Positions 9,050-16,394 of a DNA stretch of 58,291 nucleotides are shown here, one piece after another. The stretch's first letter is position 1. Each line of letters opens with the position of its first letter. The stretch lies in NCBI GenBank assembly GCA_000995415.1, contig LCEX01000012.1, positions 1 through 58,291 of the forward strand, in the 5' to 3' direction. The notes beneath the pieces were generated by a model, which was not told the origin of the DNA, made no database searches, and worked only from the letters and a program-made list of their open reading frames with translations. Origin of the DNA: Candidatus Gottesmanbacteria bacterium GW2011_GWC1_43_10. Its GTDB lineage: Bacteria; Patescibacteriota; Microgenomatia; UBA10105. Position numbers and translations under genes: made by a program.

Positions 9050-9534
9050 ATGAGTAAAAACAACCTGTCGCTTACGTTATTTGCGGATTTATCGGAGCAG
9101 GTAAGACGACTTTTGCCAGAAAACTAGAAAAGGAAACAGGAGCAATACGCATAACTAAAGACGAATGGGTAATAAAAATTTTCGGAAATAAAATAACTTC
9201 AGATAAGAATTTTGAAAAATATGACAAAAATATAACTAAACTGGCAACGGATATTGTGTTTAAAATCCTGAAAGCTGGAAAAGATGTGATAATAGATGAA
9301 GGTTTTTGGGCTAAATCACAAAGGGACGATATTAAGAAGAAAGTATCAGAAGTAGGAGCAAAGCCAATTCTTTATTATGTCGAATGTCCTGTTGAGAAAA
9401 TGAGAGAAAGGGTTGTTACCCGAAGTAAGCTTCCACCTGAAGACTCTTTTGAAATAAGTGGGGAAATGTTCGATAGTTATTTAAAATATTGGCAGCCACC
9501 AGAGGAAGACGAAGAATTTATACTGGCAAAATAG
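9050..9534 (+). pseudogene. P-loop kinase/ATPase (AAA_33-like) with a 1-nt frameshift in an A5 run just after the start codon
   Basis: ATG 9050 (frame 2) reads MSKNNLSL.. and stops at 9125-9127. Frame 1 is open from 9058 and reads ..PVAYVICGFIGAGKTTFARKLEKE.. (Walker A) through to TAG 9532-9534. One extra A in AAAAA 9056-9060 would join them. Confidence 0.6.
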
Positions 9535-9659
9535 GTTCTGGTATTTTCTACTAGGCGGAGAGTTGTAAAAGACTGTGCGTTTGATTTAAAAGGAACTCTG
9601 GTTGTTGAATGAGCTCTTCCCAATTCGCGGTTCGGAAATCGTTCCACGGATCGAGCCAG

Positions 9660-9687
9660 TTGACACATAACATACCTAAATTATATT
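9660..9687 (+). promoter_or_regulatory. candidate sigma70-type promoter TTGACA-N16-TATATT
   Basis: TTGACA is at 9660-9665 and TATATT at 9682-9687, in an otherwise gene-free stretch. Confidence 0.4.
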
Positions 9688-9743
9688 AATCCAAGTTACG
9701 AAATGAGCTATTCGTTTTATGGTGTTATATTAACTCACCCTAA

Positions 9744-9795
9744 CCCTCTCTTTGAAAAAAGAGAGGGAATCCCTCCCCTTTTAGGAAAGGGGAGG
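9744..9795 (+). other. two adjacent perfect 10-bp hairpins
   Basis: Hairpin 1 is CCCTCTCTTT-gaaa-AAAGAGAGGG (9744-9767). Hairpin 2 is CCTCCCCTTT-tagg-AAAGGGGAGG (9772-9795). AAAGGAGGTG follows directly. Confidence 0.8.
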
Positions 9796-9812
9796 AAAGG
9801 AGGTGAATATTT

Positions 9813-9884
9813 ATGAATGGTGAAGTTGTTTGTACTACTTGCGGTCATGTACAACAGGATCTAATTAAGTGTAATGTAATTTAG
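9813..9884 (+). CDS. 23-aa Cys-containing mini-ORF (MNGEVVCTTCGHVQQDLIKCNVI)
   Basis: A strong SD (AAGGAGGTG) lies 7 nt upstream. The same SD context GGAGGTGAAnAT..ATG is used by other small genes here (11938, 36097). No homology was recognised. Confidence 0.25.
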   Translation: MNGEVVCTTCGHVQQDLIKCNVI

Positions 9885-10043
9885 TAAGCAACTAGATTTA
9901 TTTCAATTTCTCTCATGTGTTTATTCCAGATCGGATTCTGAAAAGTTTTGATAACCCATCGATATCACCCAGGACAAATAAACCACGTACTAATTTCTAT
10001 TAGCGATAGGAGCATGGAATCAGATATGTTGGTGGGAATGTTT

Positions 10044-10526
10044 TTAGGTTGGCTTTGGTTTGTCTTTTAGCCTTTTTTGTTGCAGTGCTTGATCTATTAA
10101 AAAAACTTGATTACTTCTAAGGAGAGGCATTTTGTCTTGTGGAAAAAACCCATACGCAGACACTTCTTGGCTTGGTGCAAATTCACCACCAATAAATACG
10201 CCGGTATAACATATGTCCAGTCGCGCTCCCTCCCTGTCTGTCCGCGTTTTGAGTGAGTCGTCAACGCTCACTACCAGATTCGATTCTTCTTTAATTTCAC
10301 GTTCAAGGGTTTCTTTGGGATGCTCTCCGGCTTTCATATATCCACCGGGAAGTGCCCATGGGTGTTTTCGGTACGTATGTTTAAATAGTAGCACTTCATT
10401 TTTTTCATTAAAAAGAACTCCGGTAACTCCTACGAGAAATTGGCTTTGAAAAAATCGCATGAAGAAAAGTTGTATACCCTTCGGAAGATTAAGCAGTTTC
10501 CAGACTTTTGCAAGTAGTAGTTTCAC
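10044..10526 (-). CDS. NUDIX hydrolase
   Basis: The Nudix box GGYMKAGEHPKETLEREIKEESNL is present. Confidence 0.9.
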   Translation of the reverse strand: MKLLLAKVWKLLNLPKGIQLFFMRFFQSQFLVGVTGVLFNEKNEVLLFKHTYRKHPWALPGGYMKAGEHPKETLEREIKEESNLVVSVDDSLKTRTDREGARLDICYTGVFIGGEFAPSQEVSAYGFFPQDKMPLLRSNQVFLIDQALQQKRLKDKPKPT

Positions 10527-10870
10527 AGAGCGTTCTGGTCGTCAGGCTCGTTTTCGTCAGAATTATTTTTGAGTCTCTCATTTTCCAGCTCCAGCTTATG
10601 AATTTGTTTGGTCAAATCAACGATCTCACTTTTAGCTTGTTTAATTTTATTATCTTTCCCGTGCATGGCGAAGGCGGTAAAAATTGAATTGACTAGGTAA
10701 ATAAGATAGGCCAAACCTAGTCCCGTGAGCAGAGAACCGATGATGATATAAAAAAGCGGAATATCGGGTATGACATAAGTTCCAAGGCGCAACGTTACCA
10801 ACATCAAATTGTTTTGGGCCAGATATACAAAGACTGCGCCAACAACTAATAAAAAGATAAGTTTAAGCAT
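10523..10870 (-). CDS. LapA/DUF1049-like membrane protein with C-terminal coiled coil
   Basis: Two TM helices precede KIKQAKSEIVDLTKQIHKLELENERLK. ATG 10870 is preferred over the TTG at 10906 because TATACT lies 7 nt upstream of it on the minus strand. Confidence 0.5.
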   Translation of the reverse strand: MLKLIFLLVVGAVFVYLAQNNLMLVTLRLGTYVIPDIPLFYIIIGSLLTGLGLAYLIYLVNSIFTAFAMHGKDNKIKQAKSEIVDLTKQIHKLELENERLKNNSDENEPDDQNAL

Positions 10871-10935
10871 CTCAAATAGTATACAAGTATAGTTGCTACT
10901 ATACAAGTACTACAATTAGTTGTAGTATATGAAGT

Positions 10936-11121
10936 ATGACAACTGATGATAAACAACGGATAACCCTATTTATTAACCCATCTATTGTTAAGCAGGCGAG
11001 AGCTCAAGCTGTTGTTGAGGATTTGAGTTTGACTAGTCTTGTAGAAAACGCCTTGATTAACTATTTGCCTAAAGAAACGGTCATTAAGAAAGCTGACATA
11101 AAAGTGGATATTGGTCCTTGA
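10936..11121 (+). CDS. ribbon-helix-helix (CopG-like) protein
   Basis: A beta-strand (RITLFINPSIV) is followed by helices (KQARAQAVVEDLSLTSLVENALINYL). Confidence 0.5.
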   Translation: MTTDDKQRITLFINPSIVKQARAQAVVEDLSLTSLVENALINYLPKETVIKKADIKVDIGP

Positions 11122-11193
11122 AATCTAATGAGCAAAGATGGGTACGAAAAAAGTTTATATTAATCGTAAAAAATATAAGGGGGTGAAAAAAAT

Positions 11194-11607
11194 ATGGCAG
11201 AAATATCAAAAGAAACAGTAACCACCCAGGGTAACAATGTTAACCCAGTAGTGAATACCACAACCAAAAACACCTCGGTTAAAAGTACCGCAACCAGTTC
11301 TCAGACGGTTGAATATTTAATCTATTTCCTATTTGGTGTGCTTGAAATACTCTTGGCTTTTCGCCTGGTTCTTAAATTGACAGGAGCGAGTATCGCAAGT
11401 GCCTTTGTGGGTTTAATTTACGGTTTAACCGGAATCTTTATTCTACCTTTTGAAGGAATATTCCGTAGGGGATATGCCCAAGGCGTAGAAACGAGGTCAA
11501 TTCTTGAGCCATCAACGCTCGTTGCAATTGTTGTGTACGCCGTTTTGGCTTGGGGAATTGTTAAATTACTAAGAATACTCTCTGGTGAACAACAGCAAAC
11601 GGAATAG
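11194..11607 (+). CDS. YggT-like membrane protein
   Basis: AGGGGGTG SD upstream. EILLAFRLVLKLTGA...LPFEGIF...EPSTLVAIVVYAVLAWGIVKLL resembles the YggT repeat. Confidence 0.45.
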   Translation: MAEISKETVTTQGNNVNPVVNTTTKNTSVKSTATSSQTVEYLIYFLFGVLEILLAFRLVLKLTGASIASAFVGLIYGLTGIFILPFEGIFRRGYAQGVETRSILEPSTLVAIVVYAVLAWGIVKLLRILSGEQQQTE

Positions 11608-11657
11608 TTTGTTTGACACGTTTATACGAGGGTTTATTGAAAGAAGGTGAATATATA

Positions 11658-11909
11658 ATGGGTATTATACTTTGGATTATTTTTGGAGCAATTGCGGGTT
11701 GGATCGCATCAGTGGTTATGAAAACTGATTCCAGTCAAGGCACCATGACAGATATCATTATGGGTATTATTGGTGCTATTGTGGGCGGTTTTCTTATGGG
11801 ACTAGTTGGTCAATCCGGTGTTACAGGATTTAACCTTTATAGTCTTATTGTTGCTGTAATTGGCGCAGTTGTTGTTATTTATGTTGGTCGCATGTTGCGA
11901 AATAGATAA
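11658..11909 (+). CDS. GlsB/YeaQ/YmgE-family (transglycosylase-associated) stress membrane protein
   Basis: GIILWIIFGAIAGWIAS and DIIMGIIGAIVGGFL glycine-zipper helices are present. GAAGGTGA SD lies upstream of ATG 11658. Confidence 0.8.
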   Translation: MGIILWIIFGAIAGWIASVVMKTDSSQGTMTDIIMGIIGAIVGGFLMGLVGQSGVTGFNLYSLIVAVIGAVVVIYVGRMLRNR

Positions 11910-11937
11910 AACTATAACAATGGGGGAGGTGAATATT

Positions 11938-12081
11938 ATGAATATTTCTACGACGAGCTTAACGCCGTTGGCGTCACTCGCATTCGGTGTATTGATTTTG
12001 ATTTTCCCGAAATTTCTTAATTATTTCGTCGCTGCATATCTGATCATTGTCGGAATTGTAGGACTTGGATTAATCCGATAA
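11938..12081 (+). CDS. DUF3096-family small membrane protein
   Basis: GGGAGGTG SD upstream. The sequence LASLAFGVLILIFPKFLNYFVAAYLIIVGIVGLGLI fits the family. Confidence 0.65.
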   Translation: MNISTTSLTPLASLAFGVLILIFPKFLNYFVAAYLIIVGIVGLGLIR

Positions 12082-12283
12082 CTTACGTAATAAGTTCGAA
12101 CATCCTCTACCTTTAGGAGCACATCTTTGGATTAGGCCATTGTAATAATATATTCTTCGTATCCACATCTGGAAGGGAGTTGTTCTCTTAACATAATGAA
12201 ATACTCTTTCTCTTTGTATCAGCATTTAGGTCTTCTAATTCTCAAAGCAAAATACCCTCAAAATAAAGTTGTATAATCTCCTT

Positions 12284-12658
12284 ATGAAACCGAGCGAGCA
12301 AATTGATCAATTAATTACAGGACTTAACGGCTGGCGCGGCAAAATGCTTGCCAATCTTCGTAAAATCATTCATGATTGTGACCCCGAGATAATCGAGGAA
12401 TGGAAATGGATGGGCAGTCCGTGTTGGTCTCATGATGGACTAATCTGTGTTGCCAACGCTCACAAGGATAAGGTAAAACTGACCTTTTCTCAGGGCGCAA
12501 GCCTTTCGGATCCGGACAAGCTCTTTAACGCCGGTCGCCAAGGCAATAGATGGCGAGCGATTGATCTCTATGAGGGCGATAAAATAAAGGAGAATGCATT
12601 AAAAATCCTTATCCGCGCTGCCATTGATCACAACAAAGTTAAGAAATCAAGAAAGTAA
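12284..12658 (+). CDS. DUF1801 (YdhG-like) domain protein
   Basis: ..DPEIIEEWKWMGSPCWSHDGLICV..KVKLTF.. is present. TATAAT 12272-12277 lies 6 nt upstream of ATG 12284. Confidence 0.7.
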   Translation: MKPSEQIDQLITGLNGWRGKMLANLRKIIHDCDPEIIEEWKWMGSPCWSHDGLICVANAHKDKVKLTFSQGASLSDPDKLFNAGRQGNRWRAIDLYEGDKIKENALKILIRAAIDHNKVKKSRK

Positions 12659-12789
12659 TTTCTTCCCACCTTTGTTTCAGTTCACCAATGTCGTGTAAGT
12701 CCTGAAATGCTTGAATAATCCTTCGATAAAAACTCAGGACAAGTACGGCCAAAATTAGCTTGATTTACGACTTATTCTGAGTCGATGGA

Positions 12790-12815
12790 GGGGGAGCCAG
12801 TTGGCGCTTAATATA
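12790..12815 (+). repeat. tRNA-Asn 3'-end repeat copy R3 (best copy)
   Basis: GGGGGAGCCAGTTGGCGCTTAATATA compared with tRNA plus flank GGGGGAGCCAAGTGGTACTTAATATA gives 22/26 identical. This includes an exact 10-mer and an exact 9-mer. Confidence 0.8.
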
Positions 12816-12827
12816 TCTGGATTTAAT

Positions 12828-13169
12828 ATGAGAGAAACTGTCAAAATCGTCGTTTTTGTTCCGGAAACTCATGCTGACGTCGTAAGAGAAGCTATGGGAA
12901 AAGCGGGCGCTGGTTTAATCGGAGATTATAAATACTGCAGCTTTTCTATTAAAGGCATTTCACGTTTTATTCCACTTGATACTGCGCATCCTACAATCGG
13001 AAAGATAGGTAAAATGGAAGAAGTCAAAGAGGAAAGAATTGAAACTGTTTGTTATAAAGATGATCTAGATAAAATTATCAGGGCAATAAAAAAAGTACAC
13101 CCATATGAAGAAGTAGCGATTGATGTTTATCCTTTGGTCTTAAATCCACACGAAACAACATATAAATAA
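12828..13169 (+). CDS. COG3323-type protein (YqfO/NIF3 C-terminal-like alpha/beta domain)
   Basis: VKIVVFVPETHADVVREAMGKAGAG..IGDYKYCSF..GKMEEVKEERIE..VHPYEEVAIDVYPL is present. Confidence 0.6.
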   Translation: MRETVKIVVFVPETHADVVREAMGKAGAGLIGDYKYCSFSIKGISRFIPLDTAHPTIGKIGKMEEVKEERIETVCYKDDLDKIIRAIKKVHPYEEVAIDVYPLVLNPHETTYK

Positions 13170-13222
13170 GTTCAAAACTCGTCCCTAATTACCGGTGAAT
13201 ATCAGCAGCGTAAATATCCCCA

Positions 13223-14188
13223 TTACCCGTTCGCCAGGCCATCCAAGCTGCGATATTTCCGAATAACGGGACTCATGTTTCCATTCTGATGCGGACCTTG
13301 TTCTTGGATCTCAAAAACTTCGTGTGTTTTAAGGTCAACTCCTTCAATTCCTGCTACGTGTGGGACAGTATTTTTACCCCAGACGACATAGCTTTTGCTA
13401 ATTGATGGCCAAGACATGTTGTATTCAGAAGAGGAGTGGAGTAATGTTTCTGTACCTCTGCGTAGATTTTTCATGTATACGTCAGATCTGCCTTCAATAT
13501 CGCCATATTGAATCCATACCACAGTGTTTTCATAAATATCTGGTGCTTCTTGAAACCCATCACCTGTGGCTACATCGAATTGCCTGTTCCTACGCAGATC
13601 GTAGCCGTATATATTACTTCCGCCAGGTGCAGCATACCCCCACACAACTATATTTCCCGATATTTTTGCTGGCCCGCAAGCTGTTTCAGTAATCAATGTA
13701 TCTCTCCTTCGTTTCAGATCATATGCATGTAATTTGCCACACGCACCACCTTCGATATAGACAACAGTATCCTCATCATAGTCAGTCGCGGTATTTGATC
13801 CAACTTCGTCAGTTATAGCTATATCTTTTTTCCGTTTCATGTCGTATGCATGCACGTTGTATCCTCGAGCTTCCGTATAAGTATTGTATACAAGGTACCG
13901 CCCATCATAGGCTGTGGGTGCAAAGAAATCTGCGGGCAGTTGATCGCCAACTTTCGCTAGTAATGATTCTTGAGTGGTTTTGAAGTCATAGCCATGTATC
14001 TCTCCAAATCCATCTGACCAATAAACAGTATTTTTGTAAATCATAGGCCAATCCTCACGGTTGCCGCTTGATGTGAGTTGAAGAAGATCTACTGTGGCTG
14101 CGAAAGCAATATCCAATTTGACAGTTAAAAATAGAAAGGAAAGTAAGAGCAGTAAAGATATAAATCTTAATCCATTTTTCATCTTCAT
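13223..14188 (-). CDS. secreted beta-propeller repeat protein
   Basis: It has a signal peptide (LRFISLLLLLSFLFLTV..AFA). About six ~45-aa repeats each contain a ..[TN][VI]V[WY].. strand (NTVYWSD, RYLVYNT, DTVVYIE, NIVVWGY, NTVVWIQ, SYVVWGK). Confidence 0.6.
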   Translation of the reverse strand: MKMKNGLRFISLLLLLSFLFLTVKLDIAFAATVDLLQLTSSGNREDWPMIYKNTVYWSDGFGEIHGYDFKTTQESLLAKVGDQLPADFFAPTAYDGRYLVYNTYTEARGYNVHAYDMKRKKDIAITDEVGSNTATDYDEDTVVYIEGGACGKLHAYDLKRRRDTLITETACGPAKISGNIVVWGYAAPGGSNIYGYDLRRNRQFDVATGDGFQEAPDIYENTVVWIQYGDIEGRSDVYMKNLRRGTETLLHSSSEYNMSWPSISKSYVVWGKNTVPHVAGIEGVDLKTHEVFEIQEQGPHQNGNMSPVIRKYRSLDGLANG

Positions 14189-14246
14189 ATCAGATTAAAT
14201 ATAGTATTACTCCTTTGGACAAAATATAGCAATATGACGTAAAATC

Positions 14247-14289
14247 TAGCTGTATACCGAGCTTGGGCTGGGGGAGCAGAGTTAATTTA
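14247..14289 (+). repeat. tRNA-Asn-derived repeat copy R2
   Basis: CGTAAAATCTAGCTG (14238-14252) is identical to 4203-4217. It continues TATACCGAGCTTGGGCTGGGGGAGCAGAGTTAATTTA, ~80% identical to copy R1. Confidence 0.65.
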
Positions 14290-14335
14290 GAGCTCAATAA
14301 GGTTTTTTATCGATTTATAGAAAGGCGGAAAACCC

Positions 14336-14860
14336 ATGACTGTCAATAAATATACGAGACAATTGGAAGACCTAGCGTTGAGAATTGCTAAGGCCGCAAA
14401 AGAGAGTAAAAAGGACTATTTTATTGGTGGAGGACTAGCTATTGATTTCTTTTATGGACAGATCACCAGAAATCATCACGACATAGACTTTCACCCGATA
14501 TTGGAAGATACCGTTTGGTGGATCGAGTGGTTTAAAAGTCGGGGTTATAAAGTTACCAATAGATTAGATCCAAAATTTCCCGAAACTTGGCGGGTTTATA
14601 ATTTTGAAGGAGAAGCCATAATAGACATGTGGCCATTGCAACAGGAAAATGGGGTATTACTCATTAATTGTGAGGGAAAATACGTTGATGCAGGAAGATA
14701 TTGGAAAGAAACTAAGTTAGTAGATTACAAAAAAGTGGATATCAGGATCGAAAACCCACAACGAGTATTGGAACAAAAAACTCGCCATGCAAGTCAAAGT
14801 CAAAAGTATCGACGTGTAGATTTGCATGATTTCAAACTTTTAGGGAAAGAGCCAAAATAA
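14336..14860 (+). CDS. nucleotidyltransferase-fold protein (ANT(2'')/LinA-like family)
   Basis: GGGLAIDFFYGQITRNHHDIDF matches the GG..D..h...R.H.DiD motif of that family. Confidence 0.55.
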   Translation: MTVNKYTRQLEDLALRIAKAAKESKKDYFIGGGLAIDFFYGQITRNHHDIDFHPILEDTVWWIEWFKSRGYKVTNRLDPKFPETWRVYNFEGEAIIDMWPLQQENGVLLINCEGKYVDAGRYWKETKLVDYKKVDIRIENPQRVLEQKTRHASQSQKYRRVDLHDFKLLGKEPK

Positions 14861-14885
14861 AAAGTCCAAACTTGCTCAATCGCCC

Positions 14886-14911
14886 GGAGCCAATTGGCGG
14901 CACTTAATGTA
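14886..14911 (+). repeat. tRNA-Asn 3'-end repeat copy R4
   Basis: GGAGCCAATTGGCGGCACTTAATGTA shares GAGCCA, TTGGCG and CTTAAT.TA with copy R3 and with the tRNA flank. Confidence 0.6.
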
Positions 14912-14918
14912 CTAAATT

Positions 14919-14927
14919 TGGTATACT
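14919..14927 (+). promoter_or_regulatory. extended -10 TGgTATACT, 6 nt upstream of ATG 14934
   Basis: Read directly from the sequence. Confidence 0.5.
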
Positions 14928-14933
14928 AAAAGT

Positions 14934-15194
14934 ATGAATTTTAGGAAATTATTTTACAAAATTTCTATTGGAGAAATAGTAGAGGATTATGGCGTTTTTG
15001 CAGCTGATAATTTCTACGGACTACAAGAATTAAGACTGTTGAAGTGTAGAAGCAAAAGCGAGGATTTTTTTGTATTGGAGGGATCCACAAAAATCAGATT
15101 TTTATTTGGATTTGATATCAGATATTTTAAAATAAGCAAAGAAGGTCTTTCAAACTTAAACAGTTTGTTAAATACAAAAATTTTCAATAAATAA
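14934..15194 (+). CDS. hypothetical protein
   Basis: An 86-aa ORF with leaderless-type promoter geometry. No family was recognised. Confidence 0.35.
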   Translation: MNFRKLFYKISIGEIVEDYGVFAADNFYGLQELRLLKCRSKSEDFFVLEGSTKIRFLFGFDIRYFKISKEGLSNLNSLLNTKIFNK

Positions 15195-15360
15195 AGCTTG
15201 AAATTTTGCTTTCTCAATTTCTTCCCGAGTTTGTTGGACAAGCCCCGCTTCCCACTTCGCAGACGCTTCGAGGGACAAGTCGGAGTGGCACCTAGTACAA
15301 ACTAATTGTGTGGTTATATTAGAGTTTTGCTCTTGAGCGATATGATTCCACAGAGCTTTT

Positions 15361-15618
15361 TTATGCGAGGTCTTTTTTCATCTCGATAAACTCCTTTTTA
15401 TCAATCTCTCCTTTAGCATAACGTTCTTTGAGGATATCGAAAGGTGATCTTCCTTTGTCACCGTTTCTTGCTGAACCGCCAAGATAACGAAAAAGGGCAA
15501 CCACACCAAAAACAAGAAGTATCCAAAAAAGCAGCATCGGTATCCATCCTAGTAAACCGAACCCATTCCAGCTACCCATCATATTGTTCCAACTACCGTA
15601 ACCCATCATGAAATTCAC
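15361..15618 (-). CDS. SHOCT-domain membrane protein
   Basis: A Gly/Met/Trp-rich N-terminus and a TM helix are followed by a C-terminal DILKERYAKGEIDKKEFIEMKKDL SHOCT motif. Confidence 0.75.
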   Translation of the reverse strand: MNFMMGYGSWNNMMGSWNGFGLLGWIPMLLFWILLVFGVVALFRYLGGSARNGDKGRSPFDILKERYAKGEIDKKEFIEMKKDLA

Positions 15619-15671
15619 CTCCCTTCATTTTCACATCTGTCCTATATTCATGACTTAAGTTAGTTTAACTT

Positions 15672-15995
15672 TCAAAAAGTAAGCACTTTATCGTTTTCAG
15701 CCACCAAATTGTAAAAATCTTCAAGTTTGCCTTCAGGACATTTTTCGTTACTCTCTTGCTTACGGATTGCCAGGCAAGTGCCACAGGCGAGAACCTTTGC
15801 TTTATCAGATGCCAAAAACTTTTCTACTTGTTCTTTGATGTTAAATTTGGGAGAACTTGCCAGTTGATACTCCACGCCCTCACTGATTAGAAAAATTGAG
15901 ACGGTATCACCTTTGGATAAAGCCAGGTTTGCAAGACGCAGCGCATTCCAGTTGGTCTCTTCATTTTTGGTTGAAAGAATAATGCCCAGTTTCAT
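15672..15995 (-). CDS. DsrE/DsrF-like sulfur-relay family protein
   Basis: MKLGIILSTKNEET..ALRLANLALSKGDTVSIFLISEGV..ACGTC is present. The start overlaps the upstream PadR stop. Confidence 0.7.
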   Translation of the reverse strand: MKLGIILSTKNEETNWNALRLANLALSKGDTVSIFLISEGVEYQLASSPKFNIKEQVEKFLASDKAKVLACGTCLAIRKQESNEKCPEGKLEDFYNLVAENDKVLTF

Positions 15996-16317
15996 GTCGC
16001 GCTCCCTTCTGGATATACTTTTTGATACCCACGAAACAAATGATGAATCAGCTCATCGGTTTGTTGCAAAGATGCGACCGCGCCTTTCAAAAATGCTCGA
16101 CCGGTTTTTGTAATAGAGTACACTCTTTTATCGCGTTCATTTTCTTGGCTATCCCATTTCGACGTCACCCAACCAACTTGTTCCATTCGCCTTAAGGTTC
16201 GATATAAGTTGCCAATATCTACTTTTTCACCGCAGTGTTTCGAATGCAGGGCTCGACGAACCGTTCAATAGTCCCAAAGTCCCTTGACCGAAATGAGATG
16301 ACATTCATGGTACTCAT
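15992..16317 (-). pseudogene. PadR-family regulator, split by a frameshift in an A5 run and apparently missing the helix-2 (HGYEL) segment
   Basis: The frame from ATG 16317 reads MSTMNVISFRSRDFGTIERFVEPCIRNTAVKK* with its stop at 16219-16221. The other frame reads ..GEKVDIGNLYRTLRRMEQVGWVTSKWD..KRVYSITKTGRAFL. The two frames meet at the run TTTTT 16223-16227 (plus strand). Confidence 0.55.
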
Positions 16318-16394
16318 ATATGTAAATATCATATATCAACTCGTCGTTTATTACAAAGATTGATTTCCTTTTCCAAATTTGACACACTTGGGTT

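Noticed and set aside
12657-15300. I considered whether the repeat-bounded gene cassettes form an integron with attC sites.
   Set aside because: There is no IntI-type integrase. I found no GTTRRRY core sites or R''-L''/L'-R' inverted structure in the junctions. One cassette gene is on the opposite strand. The repeats instead match the tRNA-Asn 3' end.
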